Shown here piece after piece: positions 1-12,382 of a DNA stretch of 64,000 nucleotides. Under the pieces are notes generated by a model. The model worked only from the letters and a program-made list of their open reading frames with translations, did no database searches and had not been told where the DNA came from. Every line of letters begins with the position of its first letter. Position 1 is the first letter of the stretch. Made by a program: the position numbers and the translations under genes. Source of the stretch: Macrostomum lignano (Eukaryota); the NCBI GenBank assembly GCA_002269645.1, contig NIVC01002291.1, positions 202,333 to 266,332 on the forward strand. Direction: 5' to 3'.

Positions 1-545
1 CTTCCTTTTTCTTCTTTCTTCCCACTTCCCTCTCCTTCCTTTCCCACTTCCTTCTTCTTCCTTTCCCACTTCCTTCTTCTTCCTTTCCCACTTCCCTCTC
101 CTTCCTTTCCCACTTCCCTCTCCTTCCTTTCCCACTTCCCTCTCCTTCCTTTCCCACTTCCCTCTCCTTCCTTTCCCACTTCCTTCTTCTTCCTTTCCCA
201 CTTCCTTCTTCTTCCTTTCCCACTTCCCTCTCCTTCCTTTCCCACTTCCTTCTTCTTCCTTTCCCACTTCCTTCTTCTTCCTTTCCCACTTCCCTCTCCT
301 TCCTTTCCCACTTCCCTCTCCTTCCTTTCCCACTTCCCTCTCCTTCCTTTCCCACTTCCCTCTCCTTCCTTTCCCACTTCCTTCTCCTTCCTTTCCCACT
401 TCCCTCTCCTTCCTTTCCCACTTCCCTCTCCTTCCTTTCCCACTTCCTTCTCCTTCCTTTCCCACTTCCCTCTCCTTCCTTTCCCACTTGCTTCTCCTTC
501 CTTTCCCACTTCCCTCTCCTTCCTTTCCCACTTCCCTCTCCTTCC
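1..545. repeat. ~22-bp pyrimidine minisatellite (CCCACTTCCCTCTCCTTCCTTT), probably intronic in the phytochelatin synthase gene
   Basis: Direct tandem repetition from the window start; ends about 80 bp before the acceptor at 627-628. Confidence 0.9.
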
Positions 546-628
546 TCTCCCGTTCTCCTCTGTGTTCTCACCTTCGCCGCAATCCGGCAGACAATTGGGT
601 CACTTGCAATTGACATCGCCATATTTAG

Positions 629-892
629 GAGGCTCTGAAGACTGGCAACATGGAGGGCTACTTCCGGTTGGCGTCTCAGTTTGTGACGCAAGATCACCCG
701 GCCTACTGCGGCCTGGCCACGCTAGTGATGTGCCTAAACAGCCTAGAAGTGGATCCCGGACGCGTTTGGAAAGGACCCTGGCGCTGGTTTCACGAGGAGA
801 TGCTGGACTGCTGCGTTCCGCTTAGTAAAGTGCGCAGTTCCGGCATCACAATGAGCGAGTTCATCTGTCTGGCTGAGTGCAACTCGCTGCAG
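629..892 (+). CDS. PCS: Phytochelatin synthase, internal exon carrying the catalytic Cys
   Basis: atatttAG|GAG acceptor. Translation [62 protein letters not shown] matches the PCS N-domain signature. CAG|GTAACC donor, phase 0. The start exon lies upstream of the window. Confidence 0.93.
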
Positions 893-900
893 GTAACCGT

Positions 901-2860
901 CCAGTGTAGCATCACTCCAGTGTACCATCACTCCAGTGTACCATCACTCCAGTGTACCATCACTCCAGTGTACCATCACTCCAGTGTACCATCACTCCAG
1001 TGTAGCATCACTGCAGTGTACCATCACTCCAGTGTACCATCACTCCAGTGTACCATCACTCCAGTGTACCATCACTCCAGTGTACCATCACTCCAGTGTA
1101 CCATCACTCCAGTGTACCATCACTCCAGTGTACCATCACTCCAGTGTACCATCACTCCAGTGTACCATCACTCCAGTGTACCATCACTCCAGTGTACCAT
1201 CACTCCAGTGTAGCATCACTGCAGTGTACCATCACTCCAGTGTACCATCACTCCAGTGTACCATCACTCCAGTGTACCATCACTCCAGTGTACCATCACT
1301 CCAGTGTACCATCACTCCAGTGTACCATCACTCCAGTGTAGCATCACTCCAGTGTACCATCACTCCAGTGTACCATCACTCCAGTGTACCATCACTCCAG
1401 TGTATCATCACTCCAGTGTACCATCACTCCAGTGTACCATCACTCCAGTGTAGCATCACTCCAGTGTACCATCACTCCAGTGTACCATCACTCCAGTGTA
1501 CCATCACTCCAGTGTACCATCACTCCAGTGTACCATCACTCCAGTGTAGCATCACTCCAGTGTACCATCACTCCAGTGTACCATCACTCCAGTGTACCAT
1601 CACTGCAGTGTAGCATCACTCCAGTGTACCATCACTCCAGTGTACCATCACTCCAGTGTACCATCACTCCAGTGTAGCATCACTCCAGTGTACCATCACT
1701 CCAGTGTACCATCACTCCAGTGTACCATCACTCCAGTGTAGCATCACTGCAGTGTAGCATCACTCCAGTGTACCATCACTCCAGTGTACCATCACTCCAG
1801 TGTACCATCACTCCAGTGTACCATCACTCCAGTGTACCATCACTCCAGTGTACCATCACTCCAGTGTAGCATCACTCCCGTGTAGCATCACTCCCGTGTA
1901 CCATCACTCCAGTGTACCATCACTCCAGTGTACCATCACTCCAGTGTACCATCACTCCAGTGTACCATCACTCCAGTGTACCATCACTCCAGTGTACCAT
2001 CACTCCAGTGTATCATCACTCCAGTGTATCATCACTCCAGTGTACCATCACTCCAGTGTACCATCACTCCAGTGTATCATCACTCCAGTGTACCATCACT
2101 CCAGTGTACCATCACTCCAGTGTGCTATCACTCCAGTGTATCATCACTCCAGTGTATCATCACTCCAGTGTGCTATCACTCTAGTGTACCATCACTCCAG
2201 TGTGCTATCACTCCAGTGTACCATCACTCTAGTGTACCATCACTCCAGTGTGCTATCACTCCAGTGTACCATCACTCCAGTGTACCATCACTGCAGTGTA
2301 CCATCACTGCAGTGTACCATCACTCCAGTGTACCATCACTCCAGTGTACCATCACTCCAGTGTACCATCACTCCAGTGTACCATCACTCCAGTGTGCTAT
2401 CACTCCAGTGTACCATCACTCCAGTGTACCATCACTCCAGTGGACCATCACTCCAGTGTACCATCACTCCAGTGTACCATCACTCCAGTGTATCATCACT
2501 CCAGTGTATCATCACTCCAGTGTACCATCACTCCAGTGTACCATCACTCCAGTGTACCATCACTCCAGTGTGCTATCACTCCAGTGTACCATCACTCCAG
2601 TGTATCATCACTCCAGTGTACCATCACTCCAGTGTACCATCACTGCAGTGTATCATCACTCCAGTGTACCATCACTCCAGTGTACCATCAATCCAGTGTA
2701 CCATCACTCCAGTGTACCATCACTGCAGTGTACCATCACTGCAGTGTACCATCACTGCAGTGTACCATCACTCCAGTGTACCATCACTGCAGTGTACCAT
2801 CACTCCAGTGTACCATCACTGCAGTGTACCATCTCTCCAGTGTACCATCACTCCAGTGTA
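901..2860. repeat. 16-bp minisatellite (CCATCACTCCAGTGTA), about 120 copies, filling a PCS intron
   Basis: Tandem units begin about 8 nt after the donor at 893. This array explains the [16 protein letters not shown] ORFs. Confidence 0.95.
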
Positions 2861-3032
2861 GCGAAATTGAACGTGAAAAGGTGTAATAAGCGAAATAGAT
2901 TAGGGGTGTGTGTGTGTGTGTGTGTGTGTTTTCGCGTATGCAGGTCGACTATTGCCATTGACTTTTACTTCATTATTAAGGTTTTGCTAACTAATTACCT
3001 CCCTTTGCCCCCCCCCCTTCGCTAATCCGCAG

Positions 3033-3302
3033 GTGGAGCAGCTGGTGGTGGCCACGGAGGCGGCCAGCATAGAAGAGTTCGAGCGGGCTGCCCAAGTCTG
3101 CAGCCAGTCGGAGGAGAAAATCCTGGTTGTCAGCTACGGCCGACAAGGCCTCGACCAGACCGGTGACGGCCATTTTGCGCCTATCGGCGGCTACCATCCC
3201 GAGCGCCGGCTGCTGCTGGTGATGGACACGGCCAGGTTCAAGTATCCAGCGCACTGGGTGCCTCTGGAGCGGATGTGGACTGCGCTGCACTACCCGGACC
3301 CG
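3033..3302 (+). CDS. PCS: Phytochelatin synthase exon carrying the catalytic His and Asp
   Basis: ctaatccgcAG|GTG acceptor. Encodes QTGDGHFAPIGGYH and LVMDTARFKYPAHWV. CCG|GTGAGC donor; 270 bp, phase 0. Confidence 0.93.
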
Positions 3303-3316
3303 GTGAGCGAGTGCTG

Positions 3317-3380
<64 letters not shown>

Positions 3381-3384
3381 AAGG

Positions 3385-3706
3385 GGGGGGCCGTAGCCCA
3401 GCGGTAGCGCAGCTGCTCTGGTGTGCCAGCGACCAAGGCTCGATTCCAAGTGCAGTCACATTAATTGCTCGTGCAATTAACGGCCTTGAGAGCCAACCCC
3501 CCCCCCCCAAGGCACAGTGAAGTGTACATGCCTAACGATAAATACAGTTAGGGCCGCTGTACACTCCTGTGTGAGTGTGTGCCTGCGTACGTATCCGCGC
3601 GCTTGTATGCCTGCTCAGGGGAGTCGGCGGAATGGGCAGCAATGCCTCTCTCGCCGGTTGTGTGCCAATGTCGCTTAAAGTGCGCCAGGGTGCACAAAAC
3701 CCCCTG
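3385..3706 (+). mobile_element. tRNA-derived SINE, copy 1 (31-bp internal deletion)
   Basis: Pol III A-box-like TAGCCCAGCGGT and B-box-like GGCTCGATTCC. The ~300-bp body is shared with 13535-13864 and 30852-31204. Confidence 0.8.
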
Positions 3707-3727
3707 CCTCTAATAAAAAAATAAAAA

Positions 3728-4115
<388 letters not shown>

Positions 4116-4156
4116 CTTTTTATCTACCCACCTAACTACCTATCTCACCGTCTCAG

Positions 4157-5023
4157 GTTACCGGCCATCCCCGCGGCTACTGCATTTTGACCCGCGCTTT
4201 CGGCTCAGCGCCCGCACCCAGAATATTTCGCATCTCGCGTCGCTTCTTAGCCGCCGTCATGGCCACCAGGCGGCCGGGCGTTGACGACCTTCGCTGTCCG
4301 ACCGACGCCGCATCAGCGTCGAAGCTGCAAGCCGCCTCCGCCGGCCGGGCGTCGCTGCTGCGCCTGGTTGAAGCCTTCGGCAACTGGCTAGAGCAGACTC
4401 GTGATGCCGCCGACGGAGCTAAAAGCCCCGCCGCCGATTCCGACGCCGACGTCGACGCCAATGCCACCTCCGACACCGACTGGCTGGCCACATTTGCGGC
4501 TGCCGCTGGCCACCTACGCGGACTCTGCGAGACTCTGCGGCTGCGGGAGCTGCCGATCGGGCCGCAATTCGACGCCCAGCTCGTTGCCGAAGCCGCCGCC
4601 GCCGCCGCCGCCGCCGCCGATTCCGGCGACGGTGTCAATGAAGAAGTCGACGAACTCGTCGCGACACTCGGCGCTCTCGCCGCCCTGGCCGCCTGTCCAC
4701 CGGCGGCAGTCGTTTTCGACGCGTTTGCCGGCTGGCGATTCCCCGTCGCTGGCGGCGTCGAGGAGGCGACGGCGGGAAGCGACGCTCTTGATGAAGCTGA
4801 GGATGCTGAGCCGGCGGCCGGAGACCCGGGCATGCTGGCCCTGGCGCTGCTGATGTCGTGGCCGCTGGACCGGCTGGAGCCCGGCAGCTGGGCCGCTGCC
4901 CTGGCCGCCGCCCGCGATCGCGCCATGTCCGACCTGCCCGCTGTAGCCGTCGACGAGATGCGAACGATTCAACGGAGGCTGGGCTCCCTCATCAGGCGGC
5001 ATCATCTGTGCTGCAGCTGTTAG
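4157..5023 (+). CDS. PCS: Phytochelatin synthase last exon (C-terminal domain, ends HHLCCSC*)
   Basis: cctaac branch-like motif and tctcAG|GTT acceptor. [11 protein letters not shown] continues the PCS motif D..TG..RG. In frame with ORF 4187-5023; TAG stop. Confidence 0.85.
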   Translation, partial: VTGHPRGYCILTRAFGSAPAPRIFRISRRFLAAVMATRRPGVDDLRCPTDAASASKLQAASAGRASLLRLVEAFGNWLEQTRDAADGAKSPAADSDADVDANATSDTDWLATFAAAAGHLRGLCETLRLRELPIGPQFDAQLVAEAAAAAAAAADSGDGVNEEVDELVATLGALAALAACPPAAVVFDAFAGWRFPVAGGVEEATAGSDALDEAEDAEPAAGDPGMLALALLMSWPLDRLEPGSWAAALAAARDRAMSDLPAVAVDEMRTIQRRLGSLIRRHHLCCSC

Positions 5024-5289
5024 AGAGTCTGACCAACGTCTCAGTTAGTCTCATCCATGTTCTCCGGCAGGCATTGTGACAGGCATTTTCCTAAACCCCA
5101 GTCAAACTCGTCGATAATATAGTTTAATAACTCATCAGTAAAATGAATATTGCATATTTGTTCCCACTTATGGCAAACTGATTGGCCCGCCATTTGACAC
5201 GCCATATTTTGTACAAAACAGGTGGCTGGTGCAAGGATTTTAAATATCCTTTTGCTAATTGGCGTTCAAAGTGTGAAATATTTATGGTA

Positions 5290-5544
5290 CAGGGGGGTCG
5301 ACAAACTTTTTACCTCCGGCCAGATAGAGAACCCGGGCCAAAGTAGGGGAGATAGGAGAGGGAATAGAAAAGAGAAATATAAAAAAGGAAAGGCGAGAGA
5401 ATAAAGGAAGAGAGAAGAGAAAGGTAAGAGAAGACAGCTGACAAGAGGCACAAACATTGAGCGAGCCGGATTGCTATTGCGAAGTTTCAAAGGACCCGAG
5501 GGCTGGATTGAGAGGCTTTGCGGGTCGGAGTTTGCTGACCCCTG
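5290..5544. mobile_element. hAT-type non-autonomous element (MITE)
   Basis: TIRs CAGGGGGGTCGACAAAC / GTTTGCTGACCCCTG. The 8-bp flanks TTATGGTA and CTATCGTA match at 6/8 positions, consistent with a decayed TSD. Confidence 0.7.
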
Positions 5545-5595
5545 CTATCGTAGAACTTTATTAGTACCTTAGATAATCACGCTTGTCTATTACCA

Positions 5596-6050
5596 CGTCG
5601 CTCCAGAAAAATCACCCCCAAATTACTCCAGAAAAATCGCCCCAAACCACCCAGGAAAATCACACCTGACCATTTTAAAAAATCGCTTTAAACCACTCCA
5701 GAAAAATCGCCCCAAACCACTCCAGAAAAATCACCCCAAACCACTCAAGAAAAATCACCCCAAACCACTCAAGAAAAATCACCCCAAACCACTCCAGAAA
5801 AATCACCCCAAACCACTCCAGAAAAATCGCCCCAAACCACTCCAGAAAAATCACCCCAAACCACTCCAGAAACATCACCCCAAACCATCCAGAAAAATTG
5901 CCCCAAACCACTCCAGAAACATCACCCCAAACCATCCAGAAAAATTGCCCCAAACCACTCCAGAAACATCACCCCAAACCACTCCAGAAAAATTGCCCCA
6001 AACCACTCCAGAAAAATCGCCCCGAACCACTCCAGAAAAATCGCCCAAAA
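5596..6050. repeat. ~24-bp minisatellite (CCCCAAACCACTCCAGAAAAATCA)
   Basis: Direct tandem repetition; shares AGAAAAATCGCC with the array at 27785-28600. Confidence 0.9.
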
Positions 6051-6559
6051 CTGTACACTTTCTCAAACTTTTTGTACAATTCATTCAAGGCCTTTAGGAA
6101 CTCTTGCCTTGGGTTTATTATAAAACTCAATTTCCATACATTCAGCTTTAATCTTGCCGCAAATTGCCTCAATAATCTCATATTTACGAGTATTTGTTTC
6201 ATTCGGTATTTTTAAATTCTTTAAGTTTGTTTGCTCTCTGACCCTGAAATCCCACTCAATCTACAACTACTCTGAATCACGTGATTTTCCGTTTGTTTTT
6301 CGGTCTCGTAGTTTTGCTTACAGAAGAAGAAGACAAAGACCTGTGCTTTTAAAACTCCAGACTTCTAGATTGTAAGTCAATGCTGATCAGATAGAAGCTC
6401 AATTATTTTACTGTTTTATTGAACGTCATAATTCAGCTTTTATTAGTATTAGAGACTGTGCTTTTTAAGTTTTTTTGATTTTCCTTTAATACCTAAACTA
6501 ACTTCGATGCAAGCAGTCTGCAGAAACCGCTGCCTTATATTCCTTTTGGCTCGTGCACA

Positions 6560-7245
6560 TTCCCCACCCACCCCAATGTACACTCTATCCTGTATATTCC
6601 CCACCAACCCCAATTTACACTCTATCCTGTCCAATCACCACCCACCCCAATGTACAATCCTGTGTATCCCCACCCACCCCAATGTACACACTATCCTGTC
6701 TATCCCCACGCGCCTCAATGTACTCACTATCCTATCCATTCCCCCTGCACCCACCCCAATGTACACACAAACCTGTCCATTCTTCACCCACCCCAATGTA
6801 CATACTATCCTGTCCATTCCCTACTCACCCCACTGTACACACTATCCTGTCCATTCCCCACTCACCCCACTGTACACACTATCCTGTCCATCCCCACCCA
6901 CCCCACTGTACACACTATCCTGTCCATTCCCCACTCACCCCACTGTACACAATATCCTGTCCATTCCCCACTCACCCCACTGTACACACTATCCTGTCCA
7001 TTCCCCACTAACCCCACTGTACACACTATCCTGTCCATTCCCCACTCACCCTACTGTACACACTATCCTGTCCATTCCCCACTCACCCCAATGTACACAA
7101 TATCCTGTTCATTCCCCACTCACCCCACTGTACACACTATCCTGTCCATCCCCACCCACCCCAATGTACACTATCCTGTCCATTTCCCGCTCACCCCACG
7201 GTACACACTATCCTGTCCATCCCCACCCACCCCAATGTACACAAC
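6560..7245. repeat. ~35-bp degenerate minisatellite (CCCCACTCACCCCACTGTACACACTATCCTGTCCATT)
   Basis: Direct tandem repetition; explains ORFs 6507-7417. Confidence 0.9.
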
Positions 7246-7940
7246 ATATGGTATACTGTCAATGGCCATCTTTTGCAGAGTGCTTGCATCCGCTCGTATA
7301 AAATGCAATGGAGAGTGTTTTACTTTTGACAGTTGCTATATGCATATTTTGTTAGACAATGCCTTCAGCTCTCGGGCACACAAATCCCTTCTTGCTGCAC
7401 TGTCCTCTAAGCGCTGAATTTATGCGTGCTTTTTGTAGCTTGAGCACAGATTGTTGTCGAAGTTTTTTAAGGACATTGTGTACTTTTTTATCCAATATTC
7501 GCAGCGTATTAACTAATATACTTCAGAGCCTTTGAAGAAATGAATTTTATCGATTTATAAATTTAGACATCCTCAATAAATATTGCAATATTTCCTTGAT
7601 TTTAATTTTTTAGTCTGACTTCTGTAATTTACTTTGCTCATATCCTGCTCAGAGATAAATCGTTGGGTTCAAAGTACGAGTACTGCGAAAGGCGTGCATT
7701 TTTTATAATTATAGCTTTATCTCATTTAAGTCATGGCTGAATTTGGGGGCACAGCCGCGTCGAACCATATACGAGTATAAATGGAATGTCATTCTGGCTG
7801 CAGCTTGGACTGCGCATGGTCTTATAAAAAATCAAGCGCTAAACAATAAATGATCCGAAGCAGCAGTACATCGCTGTGAAGAACCGTAAGTTAATTTTTC
7901 GGAAAGCTGAATCAATTAAAGTCTTATACTGAGTCTAAAA

Positions 7941-8285
7941 ATGCCGCAAATCCTGCATATTCGAACAGAAAAACCGTCTGCATTGCTACTGGCTGCGTAT
8001 GATCAATCGGAGTCTGCATGTTCGAGCCGTGTGAGCAGCTGCAGCAGCGGAAACAGTTCCACAAATAGTTCTCAAACTCGACTGGCGCTGCACTCGGAGC
8101 TGTCCATGCGCTGCTGGATGCGCAACCGCTGCGAGGAGGCCCAGCTTCAGCGCCGCCTGGCTGTCCTGGAGACTCAACGCCAGCAAGCCTGGTTGCGAGC
8201 GACTCGTGAAGCCGATAATTTGATGCTCAAGGCTAGGCAGCAAACTTATCCGACTCAGAACTCATACATGTACCAGGGCATGTAA
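7941..8285 (+). CDS. Hypothetical short ORF or exon, product unknown
   Basis: GC-richer island in AT-rich surroundings, with a possible donor at about 7885 and acceptor at about 7968. No family motif recognised. Confidence 0.25.
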   Translation: MPQILHIRTEKPSALLLAAYDQSESACSSRVSSCSSGNSSTNSSQTRLALHSELSMRCWMRNRCEEAQLQRRLAVLETQRQQAWLRATREADNLMLKARQQTYPTQNSYMYQGM

Positions 8286-10899
8286 ATTCATGAACATGTA
8301 TACTATGATCTACTCCCTTATGCTGATGCTTGCATATACGTCCGTTGTTACCCAGGTGCCAAATATAAATGCTTATTTAAAGTATGAATGCACGTAACAT
8401 ACACAGTTCATTCCGTTGATTAGGACTGTCGTGGAATTAAATAAACACGCGGTAAGCATTTATACATGTACTACCTTCAGTGCATGATTTTTTAACGAGC
8501 GATATCTTGCGTTACTTCAATGCTAAGGTGCATTTTAGCAATAAATAAAATAATTATTGCATACGTATTAGTAGTTAATTAGTGTCTCGTTCGCGATACG
8601 ATTCCATCTTATAAAAAGTATACCTTTAAGGGCGAAGTTAAAATCGACAGTACACAGCTGGGCCTGGCCCTTTCGATTTTTTAAACTAGAAAATGAACAA
8701 ACGAATAATTTTTTTGAAATATGCGATTAAAGGAGGGTTTAACTGCTTTTTCTTCGGTATATGTATGCATGTACAGCTTGGTAACTTAACTTATTACTTC
8801 CATGCATTGCAGTAAGTTAGTAGCTTTCATCAGAAGCTAATACAACTGGATTACAAGTAAAACTTGTCTTAAAACTTTATATTTTAAAGTCGTTAACTCT
8901 GAGTTGTTAACTTAATGAAAAAATATCAGATGGAAATGTACTTTAGTCAAAGACCCTGGTTTGAAACTATACATGGGGCCGTAAAAAAGCGAACTTCACT
9001 GATGCTTTCTTTTTTATAAGTGACTAACATAAAATGTTTTAACAGACAACCTGTACAGAATGTTGCTGAATTAACGGTTTTTTAATATTATATTGTTTAA
9101 CGCTTTCTGTTTTAGAACGCATTTACTGATCTAATTTCAAACTATGCGAAGTTAAAATTTTAATACTTGGCCTTAAGACCGATCGTGTAATTATTTTTGC
9201 AATAATAATTAACTCATGTTAATAATTATCTTATGTTTATTCCTAGCAAAGTTTTATGATGACCTACTTTATTCTTAGCTGAAAGCTACTACAAAAAACC
9301 GGATATATTGATAATATAAAATATCCCTAACCTAAGTAGACCCTAAGCCTAAGCCTTAGGCTAAGGCAATGTCCTATTTTCCTTTCCTGTGTTAAATTAA
9401 CTATTTTCACACTAATTTGACACAATGTCATGATTCATGCATGGCCATGACCAAATAAACTTATGTTAAGGCTGCAGTCCTAGCCTAAGTATAATTTTTG
9501 GCTTGGCCTGGAGCTGGAGGCAAGAACAGCAATATGTTTTTGGCAATCAATAGGTCTTTCGTCTTTGCACTCTTAGAAGTAAGCAAATCTTAAAATGGTT
9601 AGGGCATAGTTTAGCTAAATAACTAAATTCAATCAAATGAAAAATAATTTCATGAACAAAACTATAATAGTCTAATGCCCAGCTATTAAATCAAGTTTAT
9701 TGCTAATAAATTATTTAATTAAATAGTTAACACCCCTACTTGGACTAGGTTTTTAAAACTGTTTTTTGTGTACAGAGTGTATATCCTAATATGCACCCTA
9801 AATTAAAAAATTATACCTTGAAATTGAAAATTAGATACAATTTAGGTGTGGTCTCATAACTTATTTTTACTTTGAAGCCTCATTTGCATTGCCTTAAAAT
9901 AAGAAAAAAGAAATTACACTTTGAGCCTTAAAATTGCACATTGAAATTGAGCATAGGGTGTAATTTCATACCTTGCCTGTGGCAAAAAATTAAAAATAGA
10001 GGTGGCCTTTACTATTAAATAATAAATTTATTTATTAGCAAACAAATTGATAGCAAATAAAAGTTATACCCTATGCCATAGGCTATGGCTATGGCCTATA
10101 TAATTCTATATTTCTAAGTTTTAATTATTATTTTAACTTCCATAAGGCTTCAATTAAATAATAATAAGTTGACTATTTATTAGAGTTTATTACAAGCAAA
10201 TTAAATATTATACTAATTAAACAAGTTAAGCAATGCTACTTAAACATAAGAACTAGCAATATTGTATATGCAGTGTGCACTAGTAGAGATTAAATCAAAG
10301 GTAAACTATTAGGCTGTCAAGCACAAATAGAATTTAAGGATTAAGGGTAAGCCAAGTAAAGAAAAAAGAGAGAGGGAACAAAAGGAAAGAAAAAAAATTG
10401 AGCAATGCCAAAGAACAAAATATAAATAAAAGTTGGGGAGCAGGAGGTAGATAAAGAGGAATAGGCGCTGGGGACAAGGCCTGGATACCAAAGGCCAAAA
10501 CACAGAGATGGGAAAATGTTGCAAAAAACACAGTGGAAACAAAAAAATAAACCAGATAGTGGGTGCACAAACCAGGGAAAAAAGCAGGGAGGCCAGGCCC
10601 AAGAACTAGGAAGATGACAAAATTTCATCATAGGGAGCACCTCATGATGGACAGATAAGGCCAACCCATGTAACAATAAAAAGAGGGGAAGGTCACACGG
10701 TGGTCCATAAAATAATAAACGAAATTTGAAAACAGTAAATTTAATCATTTTGTGATAGCCCCTATTACCACACTATCTTATCTATCTTTTATCTAATTTC
10801 CTATAATTAGACAGTATAGGCGTAACTTATAACTTTAATAAAATGAAATCTAAGGACAATCCCAAATCAATGGTATCCTACTTTATACTGTCTATGCTT

Positions 10900-11065
10900 A
10901 AAAGTTTGATTCAGAATTCTACTTCTATGTCAGAAAATTTATAAGTAGTATGAAGATGCCTGCATCTTTTTGTAACTAGTGAACAAATTAGCTTATTTTT
11001 AGATGTAGGCCTTCATACTACTTGTGAATTTTCCTGCATAGAAGTAGAATGCTAAATCAAATTTT
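10900..11065. repeat. Imperfect inverted repeat with ~65-bp arms and a 33-nt spacer
   Basis: 10900-10967 aligns with the reverse complement of 11001-11065 (shared blocks ATTCTACTTCTATG, AAGTAGTATGAAG, CATCT). Confidence 0.85.
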
Positions 11066-11493
11066 ATTATTGTCATATAATGCTTAATAGTATGGTCATA
11101 GTAATGAGTTATTATCTAGTTATTCTTATAGAAGTAAATTATTTTTTTGCCAATGGTATAATAATGCTGCTATCTTATGAGATTGTCTAAAAGTGCAGAA
11201 TAGCTTTATATATATTGCATCTGAATCTTGTCTATAAGGGTCAGCCACCAAGGAATAGATTGTATATGCATGCTTGACATTGAGAAATTCACCTTGCTAA
11301 CTTATGTATTACTATGTATTTATGTGTTAAATTTATATTATATGCAGAAAATTTTTTAGTCAAATGAATTCAAACTTGTTGAATTTCAGACATGCCTTGA
11401 AAATCTATAAGCAAAAGTATAATTAGCATAGTCTCATACTTTTTGGACACCCCACATCATACATGCGCAACCTTGAGAATCACCCGGCTGTTT

Positions 11494-11592
11494 CTATTGG
11501 CAACGCATACATGTAAGTCGCTATTGGCTGAGAGCAGTCACGTGACTACTATTCCGTCTAATAGCGACTTACATGTTTTTGTTGCCAATTAG
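11494..11592. promoter_or_regulatory. ~100-bp palindrome upstream of the U1A-like gene, with a central E-box and CCAAT boxes
   Basis: Perfect 17-bp arms at 11509-11525 and 11560-11576; outer arms TTGGCAAC/GTTGCCAA; central AGTCACGTGACT at 11536-11547. The regulatory role is inferred. Confidence 0.55.
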
Positions 11593-11677
11593 AAATGGCC
11601 GAGTGAATCCTAAGGTTGCGCCCAAGCATGCCCCACATGATAAGTCTAAGCCTATTGTTTCACAAAATTTTCAGGCA

Positions 11678-12382
11678 ATGGAAGCCCCACCAATCAACAA
11701 CACTGTGTACATTCGCAATCTCAATGAGAAGATTAAACGAGACGAATTAAAAAAGTCCCTATACGCCATATTCTCTCAGTTTGGCCAAATCCTCGACATC
11801 ATCACTTCGCGTACGATGAAGATGAAGGGCCAGGCTTTTGTGGTGTTCAACGATCAGGCCTCAGCGGCCAATGCCGTCCGGTCAATGCAGGGCTTCCCAT
11901 TCTTTGAGAAGTCAATGATGCTGGCATTCGCTCGGACAGACTCGGACGTCATTGCCAAACGCAAGGGTACGTTTGTTGAACGGCCGAAACGGCTGGCCAC
12001 CGCCACCGTTGCAGCCTCCGGCAAGGACAGCCGGAAGAAGAGAAAAGCCGCCGCTGGCAAAGGCGGCCTGGCCGCGGCCGCAGCCGCTTTAAAGTCGGAA
12101 TCGTCGGCCCAGCAGCCAATTGATCCCAGCAGCATTCCGGAGCAGCCGCCCAACCAGATCCTGTTCCTGACTAACCTGCCGGCCAGTTCTAATCACGCCA
12201 TGCTGACTGTGCTGTTCACCCAGTTCGCCGGGTTCAAGGAGGTCCGCATGGTGCCCGGCCGCACCGACATCGCATTTGTCGAATTCAACACCGAGGTTGA
12301 GAGCACGCACGCCAAGAACTCTTTGAACGGATTCTGCATCGAGCCGGAGTACCCCATGAGAATCACATTCGCTAAGAAGTAG
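11678..12382 (+). CDS. SNRPA: U1A/U2B''/SNF-family snRNP protein, U1A-like paralogue (two RRMs, intronless CDS)
   Basis: NTVYIRNLNEKIKRDELKKSLYAIFSQFGQILDIITSRTMKMKGQAFVVF and C-terminal RRM PPNQILFLTNLP...MRITFAKK. The start is set at ATG 11678, just after ttttcAG at 11673-74, because family similarity begins there. The symbol reflects motif similarity, not demonstrated orthology. Confidence 0.92.
   Translation: MEAPPINNTVYIRNLNEKIKRDELKKSLYAIFSQFGQILDIITSRTMKMKGQAFVVFNDQASAANAVRSMQGFPFFEKSMMLAFARTDSDVIAKRKGTFVERPKRLATATVAASGKDSRKKRKAAAGKGGLAAAAAALKSESSAQQPIDPSSIPEQPPNQILFLTNLPASSNHAMLTVLFTQFAGFKEVRMVPGRTDIAFVEFNTEVESTHAKNSLNGFCIEPEYPMRITFAKK

Noticed and set aside
4177-5005. Antisense and alternative-frame ORFs over the PCS, snRNP, LINE and protocadherin exons
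   Set aside because: These are shadows of GC-rich coding sequence without independent motifs.
6061-6260. Short minus-strand frame (KIPNETNTRKYEIIEAICGKIKAECMEIEF)
   Set aside because: It is under 60 codons between stops with no family match I can name; it may be a decayed exon or transposon fragment.
10309-10748. Hydrophobic minus-strand ORFs as a mitochondrial insertion or membrane protein
   Set aside because: They are open in three frames because the strand is pyrimidine-rich, and no mitochondrial or other motif was recognised.
11573-11677. 35-aa N-terminal extension of U1A given by the ORF track
   Set aside because: It starts inside the palindrome, has no family similarity, and an acceptor AG lies just before ATG 11678.
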